Origin: SAR86 cluster bacterium
Lineage (GTDB): Bacteria > Pseudomonadota > Gammaproteobacteria > Magnimaribacterales > AG-339-G14
DNA: 64,000 bases
Direction: 5' to 3'
NCBI GenBank assembly: GCA_028140145.1
Contig: JAOIOC010000004.1
Span: 17,067-81,066, forward strand
Each line of letters starts with the position of its first letter. Position 1 is the first letter of the stretch. Of the stretch, positions 10,331 through 20,219 are shown in pieces. The notes under the pieces are model-generated. The model searched no databases. It saw nothing but the letters and a program-made list of their open reading frames with translations, and was not told the origin of the DNA. Both the position numbers and the translations under genes were made by a program.

Positions 10331-11773
10331 ATGGAAACAGATAAAGTAAATAATCCGCATAAACTTCCTTTTCTAACGAAATTCTTTTATGGGTTTGGTT
10401 CTTTAGCATATGGAATAAAGGATAATGCTTTCAATTATTTTCTATTGTTTGTCTATGTTCAAGTGTTTGGTTTATCTCCTGATTTAGCAGGATTAGCTAT
10501 TCTTCTAATGCTAGTGATCGATGCTATATCAGATCCTCTCATTGGTTATTATTCAGACAATATGAAATCAAGATGGGGTAGAAGGCATCCGTTCATGTAT
10601 TTTTCAGCAGTCCCCGTTGCAATCTCATTTTTTTTGATATGGGATCCTCCCGATAACTTAACTCAATCTCAATTATTTTGGTTTTTATTAATTGTTGGTG
10701 CAATTATAAGAACTGCAATTACTATCTATGAGATTCCAAGTAATGCTTTAGGCCCGGAGCTTTCAAAAGATTACGTGGAAAGGAGCTCATTGCTTTCTTA
10801 TCGATATTGGTTTGGTTGGTGGGGTGGTTTAGCTGTGTGGAATTCCTTATGGATTTTTGTTGTTTATAGCACCTATACCGGCACACAAGATGCAAGATTT
10901 GTTGCGGATACATGGATGACTTACGGATTGGTGTGCAGTCCAATTATGTTTTTAGCCATTGTCGTTACCGCACTAGGAACGCATAGACACATAAAGGACT
11001 TACATTCTCCTGAAATACAAAGAAAAACACCAAAAGTTATTTTCTCTGAACTCTACGAAACGATGACAGTGAGTAAAAACTACATAATCCTGTTTATTGC
11101 CATGATTATGATGGGCGTGGCTGGCGGGATAGCTACAAATTTAACATTGTATTTTTACAGTTTTTTCTGGGAGTTTACTCCTTTAAATATATTAACAATT
11201 GGATTGAGTTTATTTTTAGCCCCGCTTGTGGGGCTTGTTGTCTCACCTTTATTGGCAAATAAATTTGGTAAGCGAAACGGAGCAATAATCCTTTTTGCAA
11301 CATCATTAACGGTTGAAAACGGTGTGATAGCTCTTAGGTTGTTGGGTTTATTACCAGATAATGGTTCTCCAATTGTTTTAGGTGCTGTTCTTCTGTTCCA
11401 TTTTATCGGTGTGGCGACATCAGTCATTTCCTTCACGACATTAAACTCAATGGTATGGGATACAGTCGAGGAAGTTGAAATCAAAACAGGAAGACGAATG
11501 GAGGGAACGTTACTTGCTGCCCGATCCTTTGCAGCTAAATGCATGAGCGGTGCAGGAGCTTTTGCAGCTGGTCTAATTCTGACTTACTCAGCATGGCCAA
11601 AAAATGCTGCACCTGGTCAAGTTGATGAAACTATATTATTTAATTTTGGATTTACGGCTATAACTGCTTCAATAATTCTTTGGTCCATTTCTTTGTTTAC
11701 AATCTCCTTGGTAACAACCACCAAAGAAAGCCATCAAGAAAAATTGAGTGAATTAAATTACATAGAAGACTGA
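10331..11773 (+). CDS. MFS transporter, GPH family, paralogue 2
   Basis: DAISDPLIGYYSDNMKSRWGRRHPF and THRHIKDLH match paralogue 1. About 12 TM segments. AGGAG lies 6 nt before the ATG. Confidence 0.8.
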   Translation: METDKVNNPHKLPFLTKFFYGFGSLAYGIKDNAFNYFLLFVYVQVFGLSPDLAGLAILLMLVIDAISDPLIGYYSDNMKSRWGRRHPFMYFSAVPVAISFFLIWDPPDNLTQSQLFWFLLIVGAIIRTAITIYEIPSNALGPELSKDYVERSSLLSYRYWFGWWGGLAVWNSLWIFVVYSTYTGTQDARFVADTWMTYGLVCSPIMFLAIVVTALGTHRHIKDLHSPEIQRKTPKVIFSELYETMTVSKNYIILFIAMIMMGVAGGIATNLTLYFYSFFWEFTPLNILTIGLSLFLAPLVGLVVSPLLANKFGKRNGAIILFATSLTVENGVIALRLLGLLPDNGSPIVLGAVLLFHFIGVATSVISFTTLNSMVWDTVEEVEIKTGRRMEGTLLAARSFAAKCMSGAGAFAAGLILTYSAWPKNAAPGQVDETILFNFGFTAITASIILWSISLFTISLVTTTKESHQEKLSELNYIED

Positions 11774-11774
11774 G

Positions 11775-12080
11775 ATGATTCAAACTGAAATTGAAAATAA
11801 TCTAACTGATGGAATGGACTTGCTACATTTAGAAGTTGAGAATGAAAGCCCGAATCATAATGTTGAACCAGGATCTGAGTCTCACTTTAAGGTTGTGGTT
11901 GTTTCAGATGAATTTATAGAAAAAAGATTAGTTCAACGACATCAAATGATTTATAGAATTCTTAAAGAGCAGATGACTAAAATTCATGCTATTGCTATCC
12001 ATGCTTTCACAAAAGATGAATGGCAGGAAAAAACTGGTCAGGAGTTGAATTCACCTAACTGTTTAGGCGGAGAAAATTAA
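11775..12080 (+). CDS. BolA-family protein
   Basis: 101 aa. SESHFKVVVVSDEFIEKRLVQRHQMIY...IHAIAIHAFTKDEW matches the BolA signature (HFxvxivSxxFxgxxxvxRHrxvy, IHA). Confidence 0.8.
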   Translation: MIQTEIENNLTDGMDLLHLEVENESPNHNVEPGSESHFKVVVVSDEFIEKRLVQRHQMIYRILKEQMTKIHAIAIHAFTKDEWQEKTGQELNSPNCLGGEN

Positions 12081-12089
12081 AATACAACA

Positions 12090-12956
12090 ATGTTTCATAT
12101 TTCAACTTTTTATGATTGTTGCGAGAGAGATTATTCCTTTTTAAAAAAAAGTTTATCGAAAAAAGCTGATGAACTTTCTATAGTAGGTACAATAATTTTG
12201 ACTCCAGAGGGTATAAATTCAACGATAGCCTGTGCGAACCTAGAAAATCTTTATTCTTTCGAAACTTACATTGCTAAATATTTCCCTTCAATTGATATCG
12301 GACGCTCTTGCACAGAAAAAAAACCTTTTAAGAGATTTAAAATTAAGAAGAGGCAAGAACTTGTTCCCTCTGGAACAAAATTAAAACCAACAGATTATTC
12401 TGGATCACATATAGCTCCAGAATTTTGGAACGAGTTTTCAGAAAATAAAAATACTATTTTAATTGATGTGAGAAATAATTATGAAACCTCAGTTGGTACT
12501 TTTAAAGGGGCGTTGAATCCCGATACGAGAAATTTCAGAGAATTTAAACATTTTGTAAAAGAAAATAAGAAAAATTTTAAAGGAAAACAAATTGGCATTT
12601 TTTGTACCGGAGGTATTCGTTGTGAAAAAGCATCTTCTATTTTTAAATCTGAAGACATTAATGATATACATCAACTTAAAGGTGGAATTCTGAACTATTT
12701 AGCAAATAGTAAAGACAAAAAACTATGGGAAGGTGAGTGTTTTGTTTTTGATGAGAGAGTTACAGTCGATAAAGATTTAAATAAAGGTTCTTTTTATCAA
12801 TGTTTCGCTTGCAGAAGACCGCTTTCAGAGAAAGATTTAGAGTCAACCCATTATTCTGCTGGGGTCTCATGTCATCAATGCATTAATGAAAAGTCTGAAG
12901 AAGACAGATTAAGATATCTCGAGCGACACAAGCAGATAATTAAAAAACGCAACTAA
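12090..12956 (+). CDS. trhO: Rhodanese-domain tRNA uridine(34) hydroxylase (UPF0176/YceA family)
   Basis: Rhodanese active-site loop FCTGGIRCEKAS, LIDVRNNYE, and a C-terminal Cys cluster CxxC...CxxC. Length and layout match YceA/TrhO. Confidence 0.75.
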   Translation: MFHISTFYDCCERDYSFLKKSLSKKADELSIVGTIILTPEGINSTIACANLENLYSFETYIAKYFPSIDIGRSCTEKKPFKRFKIKKRQELVPSGTKLKPTDYSGSHIAPEFWNEFSENKNTILIDVRNNYETSVGTFKGALNPDTRNFREFKHFVKENKKNFKGKQIGIFCTGGIRCEKASSIFKSEDINDIHQLKGGILNYLANSKDKKLWEGECFVFDERVTVDKDLNKGSFYQCFACRRPLSEKDLESTHYSAGVSCHQCINEKSEEDRLRYLERHKQIIKKRN

Positions 12957-12962
12957 TAAACA

Positions 12963-15407
12963 ATGGCATTTGTACAAAAAATTTTACATTTTGTGGTTTA
13001 CAGATCTTCAATCACTTTAGGGCTTGTTTTACTGATAACTTTTGGTCTCGCTTTTGGAGTTCAATATTTTCAGCTAGATGCTTCTTCGGATACCTTATTG
13101 CTGGAAGATGATGATGATCTGAAGTTCTACAGAGATACAAATAAAACTTTTGGAGGAGGAGGTGACTTTTTAATAGTTACTTATTCCCCTTTTGATGAAT
13201 TATTCACGCAGGAAACTTTAACAAAGATAGAAGAACTATCTGATGAGCTAGAAGAACTTGAGGAGATTGATTCTGTTTTAAACTTTCTTGACGTTCCTTT
13301 GCTAGAAAGTCCAAGACAATCAATATCTGAAATTGCAAGTAATCCAATATCTCTAAGAAAAAAGAACGTTGATTTATCTTTAGCAAAAAAAGAATTCTCT
13401 AGTAATCCAGTTTATAGAGGCCTTTTGGTTAGTGAACAATTAGATACTGTAGCCTTACAAGCTATTCTCAAGCCTACAACTCAATATGATTCTAAGATAC
13501 AAGAAAGGTATCGAATTAATGAAGATTCTTCTCTAAGTGAAATTGAGAAACAATTGCAACTCGATTTACTTTCTCAAGAAATCGATGTTTTGCAGAAAGA
13601 AAATGTCGCCACTAGAAAGAAGTTGGTTGCGGATACAAGAGCAATAATCTCTAAATATAAAAATGACGCTGAAATCTATCTTGGCGGCGGCCCGATGATA
13701 TCCACTGACACAATACAATTTATTCTAAACGATATAGTTTTTTTTGGATTTGCTGTAGGTCTACTATTTATAACTGTGTTGGGCTTTATTTTTCGGCAAA
13801 TTCGGTGGATTTTACTTCCTTTGATTAGCGCTTTTATCTCTGCAATTGTGGTTACCGGCTTAATAAGCTTTGCAGGACTGAAAGTAACAGTTGTTTCTGC
13901 GAACTACATTGCTCTTCTGATGATCATTGCAATATCTTTGACAATGCATTTAGTCGTCAGATATCAGGAATTGTTATCTAAAAACTCTGAGCTAAGCCAA
14001 AAGGAGATAGTGTTAATGGCTTCGACACAAATGTTTGTGCCATGTCTTTATACTGCTCTGACAACAATAGTCGCATTTCTCTCATTGATTGTCAGTGATA
14101 TTAAACCCATTACGGATTTTGGTTTATTGATGGCTACCAGTATCGTCATCGCTTTCTTAGTGACCTTTTCTTTTTTTCCCGCAGTTATTTCTAAGTTACC
14201 TAAAAAAGAGAAAGATTTTGTAGAAGATCAGTCCTCTGGAATTACATTATTTATATTCAACATCTTTAAGAATTCCAGAATTAAAATTGTTTTCTTTTCT
14301 TTAATAGTTTTTGGATTATCTGTTCTTGGAATATCTATGCTATCTGTTGAGAACAAATTCATAGACTACTTCAAGTCGGATACAGAAATATATAAAGGTC
14401 TATCTTTAATTGATCAGAAACTGGGAGGAACAGCACCCCTTGATTTAGTAATAAACGCTCCTATGACAGAGCAGATTGAGGATGACTTTGAAGATTTTGA
14501 TGATCCTTTTGGTATGGATGACTCTACCAGCGGGTATTGGTTTACAAGTCAAAATTTAGATAGGTTAGAAGAAATTCATGACTATTTGGAATCAAGAACT
14601 GAAATAGGAAAAGTTTTATCTGTATCAAGTGGAATAAAACTTGCTGAAATAGCTAACGGTAAAAAACTTAATGATCTTGAATTGGCATTCATGAGAGAGC
14701 TGTTACCAGAGGATATTAAGGAAAGTTTACTTAATTCGTATATCTCTGATGATGATAATCAAGTAAGGCTTCAGGCAAGAGTGAAAGAATCTCTAGATGG
14801 ATTGAACAGAAAGAATCTCATCGATGAAATAAATTATGATTTAGAAAATAAATTTGGTCTTGATGATCAACAATTTAGACTTACAGGAATATCAGTTATT
14901 TATAATAATTTACTTCAGAGTCTTTTCTCATCTTTAATTGGCAGCGTGGGAATTGTTTTCATAGCAATTTTCGTGATGTTTTTATTTCTTTTTAGATCTG
15001 TCAGCTTAGCTTTGATTGGTATGATTCCAAATTTTCTTGCAGCTGGTTTTGTCATGGGTTCCATAGGCTTTTCTGGAGTTCCATTGGATATTATGACCGT
15101 TACCGTTGCTGCGATCAGCATTGGGATTGGTGTTGATAATACTATTCATTACCTGCATAGATTTAAAAGAGAATTTGATTTATCAAAAGACTATGAAGAA
15201 TGCCTCAAGAATAGTCACACAACCATAGGAAGAGCGATGTTTTATACATCATCTACAATAGTTATTGGATTTTTAATTTTGTTGTCGTCAAACTTTAATC
15301 CTTCTGTATTCTTTGGAATTTTCACTTCATTAGCTATGATCATGGCAATCTTAGGTTCGTTACTTTTATTGCCAACTCTTTTATATTATCTAAAACCATT
15401 AAAGTAA
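12963..15407 (+). CDS. RND-superfamily exporter (MMPL/HpnN-like, two 6-TM halves)
   Basis: 814 aa. An N-terminal TM and soluble loop are followed by a 5-6 TM bundle, and the pattern repeats once. This duplicated topology is typical of MMPL/SSD-type RND exporters. Confidence 0.7.
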   Translation: MAFVQKILHFVVYRSSITLGLVLLITFGLAFGVQYFQLDASSDTLLLEDDDDLKFYRDTNKTFGGGGDFLIVTYSPFDELFTQETLTKIEELSDELEELEEIDSVLNFLDVPLLESPRQSISEIASNPISLRKKNVDLSLAKKEFSSNPVYRGLLVSEQLDTVALQAILKPTTQYDSKIQERYRINEDSSLSEIEKQLQLDLLSQEIDVLQKENVATRKKLVADTRAIISKYKNDAEIYLGGGPMISTDTIQFILNDIVFFGFAVGLLFITVLGFIFRQIRWILLPLISAFISAIVVTGLISFAGLKVTVVSANYIALLMIIAISLTMHLVVRYQELLSKNSELSQKEIVLMASTQMFVPCLYTALTTIVAFLSLIVSDIKPITDFGLLMATSIVIAFLVTFSFFPAVISKLPKKEKDFVEDQSSGITLFIFNIFKNSRIKIVFFSLIVFGLSVLGISMLSVENKFIDYFKSDTEIYKGLSLIDQKLGGTAPLDLVINAPMTEQIEDDFEDFDDPFGMDDSTSGYWFTSQNLDRLEEIHDYLESRTEIGKVLSVSSGIKLAEIANGKKLNDLELAFMRELLPEDIKESLLNSYISDDDNQVRLQARVKESLDGLNRKNLIDEINYDLENKFGLDDQQFRLTGISVIYNNLLQSLFSSLIGSVGIVFIAIFVMFLFLFRSVSLALIGMIPNFLAAGFVMGSIGFSGVPLDIMTVTVAAISIGIGVDNTIHYLHRFKREFDLSKDYEECLKNSHTTIGRAMFYTSSTIVIGFLILLSSNFNPSVFFGIFTSLAMIMAILGSLLLLPTLLYYLKPLK

Positions 15408-15409
15408 TT

Positions 15410-16543
15410 ATGAGCACATTAAAAGGAACAAAAATTATTGAAATTGCTGGAATTGGCCCAGCTCCATTCGCAGGGATGTTATTAGCTGATATGGGAGCTG
15501 AGGTAATTTTAGTAGACCGAAAACAAAATTATGGCAAAGGTTCAAAATTTGAAGTATCCGGTAGAGGAAAAAAATCCATAGCTGTAGATTTAAAGTCCGA
15601 AAAGGGAATAGAGCTTGTTCTAAAATTAATAGAATCTGCCGATGCATTGATAGAGGGATTTAGACCAGGGGTAATGGAAAGATTAGGCTTAGGTCCAGAA
15701 CTTTGTTTACAAAAAAATGAAAATCTAATATACGGAAGAATGACAGGCTGGGGTCAAACCGGTCCCCTTGCAAATGCAGCCGGACACGATATCAATTACA
15801 TATCGCTTGCTGGAGCTCTCGGCTCCACAGGAAGGAATGGCGAACCTCCTGCTCCTCCTTTAAATCTAATTGGAGATTTTGGAGGAGGTGGAATGTTATT
15901 AGCTCTTGGAATATGTGCTGCATTAGTTAATGTCAAAAATGGTGGGAAAGGACAAGTCATAGATGCAGCAATGACTGAAGGCACCGCTCAGTTAATGTCT
16001 ATGATTTATGGAATGAAAGCATCTGGATTTTGGACTGATCAACAACAAAGCAATCTTCTTGATGGAGCAACACATTTTTATGATAGTTATGAATGCAAGG
16101 ACGGTAAGTTTGTTTCACTCGGCTCAATTGAACCTCAATTTTACTCAATCCTTTTAGATAAGATGGGATTAGATAGCAATGAATTCTCAGAGCAAATGAA
16201 TAAAGAGAAATGGAATGAATATAAAGCTAAATTTAAAAAAGTTTTTCTTTCTAAAACTCGCGATGAATGGTGTGAAATCATGGAGGGGACAGACATTTGT
16301 TTTGCGCCTGTGCTTTCTATGGATGAAGCAATCAATCACCCTCACAATAAGGAAAGAAATTCCTTCAGCACTATAGATGAAGTTACCCAACCTTCACCAG
16401 CTCCATTATTTTCAGAAACTCCCTCTAAAATCAAACACCTTCAGAATCCCATTGGAGAAGATACAAAGGAAATATTAGATTCAATAGGATGGACTGAGCA
16501 AATAGATGATCTTATATCATCAAACGTTATCGGTGGAGATTAA
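15410..16543 (+). CDS. Family III CoA-transferase / alpha-methylacyl-CoA racemase-like (CaiB/BaiF family)
   Basis: N-terminus [34 protein letters not shown] parallels human AMACR [44 protein letters not shown] carries the catalytic Asp region. Confidence 0.85.
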   Translation: [377 protein letters not shown]

Positions 16544-17291
16544 AAAAATTTAAAGAGTTCTCATAAGAAGATTTAATAATACTTTCTTTTGTCTGTTTTC
16601 TTAATCTTGCCACTTCCTCTGCAACATCAATTAAAAATTTCGGTTCATTCCGCCTTATTTTTTTTCTTGGACTTAAATATGGAGAGTCTGTTTCAATCAG
16701 AAGCTTATCTTGAGGAATATGATTGATACATTCTCTTAAATCTAAACCTCGCTTGAGATCACAAACCCACCCTGTGATACCAATATAAAAATCTCTTTTC
16801 AAATAGTCTTCTAATTCAGATAAGTTTCCAGTAAAGCAATGAACAATTAATTTTTGATTAAATTTATAATTATCTAAAATACTTAAAAATTCTTCATGTG
16901 CATCTCTTTGATGAAGAAACAAAGGTTTATTTATCGAATTAGCTAAACTTAATTGAGACTCAAAGCATAAAATTTGTTCCTCTTTAGATGAAAAATTACG
17001 ATTAAAATCAAGACCCATCTCACCCAGACATATTGCTTTGGGATCGTCCAAATAGATTGACATATCTTTTAAAAATTCAATTTTAAAATCTTTTGCATTG
17101 TGTGGATGAAAGCCAACGGAATAGTAGAGGTTTTTATATTTCTCGGTAATTTTTTTTGCATTTTTGACATCATCTAGATTAGACGATGTAATGCAAATCT
17201 TTTCTACACCAGCTTTTAGGGAGTCATTAAGAACGACATCAAGGTCTTTTGAAAAATGACTGCTTGTTAAATTTGCTCCAATATCAAACAT
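16527..17291 (-). CDS. tatD: TatD-family metal-dependent 3'-5' exonuclease/hydrolase
   Basis: MFDIGANLTSSHFSKDLDVVL closely matches the E. coli TatD N-terminus MFDIGVNLTSSQFAKDRDDVV. GFHPH, HCFTG and ETDSPYL motifs are present. Start set to ATG 17291. Confidence 0.8.
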   Translation of the reverse strand: MFDIGANLTSSHFSKDLDVVLNDSLKAGVEKICITSSNLDDVKNAKKITEKYKNLYYSVGFHPHNAKDFKIEFLKDMSIYLDDPKAICLGEMGLDFNRNFSSKEEQILCFESQLSLANSINKPLFLHQRDAHEEFLSILDNYKFNQKLIVHCFTGNLSELEDYLKRDFYIGITGWVCDLKRGLDLRECINHIPQDKLLIETDSPYLSPRKKIRRNEPKFLIDVAEEVARLRKQTKESIIKSSYENSLNFFNLHR

Positions 17292-17338
17292 AATCAATTT
17301 TAACTTTATTAATTAGCTCATACCTTTAATATAAAAAC

Positions 17339-18145
17339 ATGAATTCTAAAGAATTATTTGTGAGAGACACAACTGTAATTAAGAAATCAGATAATTTATT
17401 CACAGCAGAAGTTTCTGATAATTGGAGTATTGGTAACACAGCAAATGGAGGTTATTCAATGACTCTTGCTGCAAAAGCTATGTCGGAATTCTTAGAGCAT
17501 AAAGATCCTTTGAGTATATCTGCACATTATCTTGATAGAGTTGATTTTGGAGCCACAGAACTTCATGTAACTCATCTCAGTAGCAGCAAGAGCTTATCTA
17601 CAGCCAGAGTAGAATTGATTCAAAATAACAAAATAAAAATTATATTTATTGGCACATTTACAGACTTTTCTTTTAAAAATGATTTGAATATTTATGAAAG
17701 AGATGTTCCTAGCTTCCCTGATTATGAATCATGTGAGGTTATTCCATACAAAGAGGGATTTAACCCTAAGTTAGATAAAAATATTGAAAAAGCTTATTCT
17801 CAAGATTCTTTGTGGTGGAAAAAAGATAAAGAAAATTCGTCATCAACGTTGAATCTTTATATGTCTTGGCCTGAAAAGGATAATATTGACTTATTTGATT
17901 TAGTGCTGTTCTTAGATGCGACTACTCCGCCAATTTATAATAAACTAGGGACTGTTGGTTGGGTTCCAACCATATCTTTGGCTTCTCATGTAAGAGGTCT
18001 TCCATCCGAAGGTCCCCTTAAAGTAATAGCCAAGACTGAATTTGTTACGGGTGGCTTTATGGAAGAAGATAGAGAAATTTGGGATAGTTCAGGTAAGTTA
18101 GTTGGCCAGTCAAAACAAATGGCTAAACTAAGAATTAAAAAATAA
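17339..18145 (+). CDS. Acyl-CoA thioesterase-like double-hotdog protein
   Basis: 268 aa. NGGYSMTLAAKAM, and a size and layout like the TesB-related thioesterase-like superfamily. Assigned by motif only. Confidence 0.55.
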   Translation: MNSKELFVRDTTVIKKSDNLFTAEVSDNWSIGNTANGGYSMTLAAKAMSEFLEHKDPLSISAHYLDRVDFGATELHVTHLSSSKSLSTARVELIQNNKIKIIFIGTFTDFSFKNDLNIYERDVPSFPDYESCEVIPYKEGFNPKLDKNIEKAYSQDSLWWKKDKENSSSTLNLYMSWPEKDNIDLFDLVLFLDATTPPIYNKLGTVGWVPTISLASHVRGLPSEGPLKVIAKTEFVTGGFMEEDREIWDSSGKLVGQSKQMAKLRIKK

Positions 18146-18187
18146 GTCTCGAATTTTTTAAGATAGAGGCTACAAAAGGAATTTATT

Positions 18188-19042
18188 ATGAAATTTGAAG
18201 GAACTAAATCTTATATCTCAACAGAAGATCTTAGTATGGCGGTTAATGCTGCTATTAACTTAGAAAGACCTTTACTAATAAAAGGAGAACCGGGTACAGG
18301 TAAAACTATGCTTGCTCTTGAGGTAGCTGAATCACTGGGGTTACCCTTGTATGAATGGAATATTAAATCTACTACTAAAGCTCAACAAGGATTATATGAA
18401 TACGATGCAGTGACAAGATTAAGAGATTCTCAACTAGGAGATGAAAGGGTAAAAGATATCTCTAATTACATAGAAAAAGGAAAATTATGGGAAGCTTTCG
18501 TATCAGAGGAAAGAGCAGTCTTACTCATAGATGAAATAGATAAAGCTGATATTGAGTTCCCAAATGACCTATTGCAAGAAATAGACCGAATGGAATTTTA
18601 TGTTTATGAAACAAAGGAAACAGTTAAAGCTATTCATAGACCAATTGTTATTATTACGAGTAACAACGAAAAAGAATTGCCGGATGCTTTCTTAAGGAGG
18701 TGTTTCTTTCATTACATTTCTTTTCCTGATAGAGAAACCATGCAAGAAATTGTTAAAGTCCACCATCCGAAAATAAAACAAAAATTAGTTAAAGAAGCTT
18801 TAGATATTTTTTTTGACGTCAGGAAAGTTCCAGGGTTAAAAAAGAAACCGTCGACCTCTGAATTAGTTGATTGGTTAAAACTTCTGATGTCAGATGATCT
18901 TCCAGATGAAATACTAAAAAATAGAGATGCTACTAAAGCGATTCCACCTCTATACGGAGCATTAATTAAAAATGAACAGGATGTTCAACTACTTGAAAGA
19001 CTTGCATTTATGGCAAGGAGAGAATCTGGAAATCAACAATAA
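18188..19042 (+). CDS. MoxR-type AAA+ ATPase (CbbQ/NorQ-like AAA_5)
   Basis: Walker A GEPGTGKT, Walker B LLIDEIDKA, sensor region ITSNNEKELPDAFLRRC. Confidence 0.85.
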   Translation: MKFEGTKSYISTEDLSMAVNAAINLERPLLIKGEPGTGKTMLALEVAESLGLPLYEWNIKSTTKAQQGLYEYDAVTRLRDSQLGDERVKDISNYIEKGKLWEAFVSEERAVLLIDEIDKADIEFPNDLLQEIDRMEFYVYETKETVKAIHRPIVIITSNNEKELPDAFLRRCFFHYISFPDRETMQEIVKVHHPKIKQKLVKEALDIFFDVRKVPGLKKKPSTSELVDWLKLLMSDDLPDEILKNRDATKAIPPLYGALIKNEQDVQLLERLAFMARRESGNQQ

Positions 19043-20217
19043 TGCTTTTAAACCTATTCGGCACGCTTAGAAATACTGGAGTTCCCTGTACTCTCAGGGA
19101 ATTCTTAGACTTACTAGCTGGATTAGAGAAACAACTAGTTTTTGCTAACTCTGAAGACTTTTATTACTTATCGAGGGCAACACTAGTAAAAGATGAGAAA
19201 CACTACGATAAGTTTGATAGAGCTTTTGATATTTATTTTAAGGGTCTAGAAACTCTTGATGACATTATCGAAGCTCTAGTTCCAGAAGATTGGTTGCGTA
19301 AAGAGTTCGAGAAATTTTTATCTGAGGATGAATTAAAAAAAATAAAATCCCTTGGAGGTTTAGAAAAACTTTTAGAAGAATTTAAGAAAAGACTAGAAGA
19401 ACAGAAAGAAAGACACGAAAAAGGTGATAAATGGGTTGGTACTGGAGGAACATCTCCTTACGGTAATGCCGGTTCTAATCCGGAAGGCATAAGAGTTGAT
19501 GGCGAAGGAAAGCAAAATAAAGCAGTTAAAGTTTGGCAACAGAGGGATTACAAAAACCTAGATGATTCTATAGAACTAGGAACGAGAAATATAAAAATGG
19601 CTCTTAGAAGATTGAGAAAATTTGCTCGCCAAGGAATCGAGGAGGAATTTGATTTAGATGGCACTATTAAGCACACTGCAAAAAATGCTGGGCTATTAGA
19701 TATTAAAATGATTGCCGAAAAACAAAATGCCGTGAAGGTACTTGTTTTCTTTGATGTTGGTGGTTCTATGGATCCTCATATTAAAGTATGTGAAGAACTC
19801 TTCTCAGCAGTTAAAACCGAATTTAAGCATCTTGAATATTTTTATTTTCATAATTTTATTTATGAATCTGTTTGGAAGGATAATAAACGCAGACATAATG
19901 AAAGAATTAAAACAGACGATATTCTCCATAAGTATGGATCAGATTACAAAGTTATCTTTGTCGGCGATGCAACAATGGCTCCTTATGAGATCACTAATCC
20001 CGGAGGAAGCATCGAACACTGGAATGAAGAGGCTGGTTCCTTATGGATGAAAAAAATTACTACAATTTACGATAAGGTTGCATGGCTTAATCCTGTGCCG
20101 TCTGAACATTGGGATTATTCTGCATCCATAGACATAACTAGAACTTTAATCGAAGATCGAATGTATGGTCTCACGTTAAAAGGTCTTGAAGATAGCATGT
20201 CTTATTTATCTAAATAA
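19042..20217 (+). CDS. VWA-domain protein (CoxE-like partner of the MoxR ATPase)
   Basis: Start overlaps the upstream stop (TAATG). The C-terminal half has a MIDAS-like FFDVGGSMD and FVGDA. The MoxR plus VWA pairing is canonical. Confidence 0.7.
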   Translation: MLLNLFGTLRNTGVPCTLREFLDLLAGLEKQLVFANSEDFYYLSRATLVKDEKHYDKFDRAFDIYFKGLETLDDIIEALVPEDWLRKEFEKFLSEDELKKIKSLGGLEKLLEEFKKRLEEQKERHEKGDKWVGTGGTSPYGNAGSNPEGIRVDGEGKQNKAVKVWQQRDYKNLDDSIELGTRNIKMALRRLRKFARQGIEEEFDLDGTIKHTAKNAGLLDIKMIAEKQNAVKVLVFFDVGGSMDPHIKVCEELFSAVKTEFKHLEYFYFHNFIYESVWKDNKRRHNERIKTDDILHKYGSDYKVIFVGDATMAPYEITNPGGSIEHWNEEAGSLWMKKITTIYDKVAWLNPVPSEHWDYSASIDITRTLIEDRMYGLTLKGLEDSMSYLSK

Positions 20218-20219
20218 AT

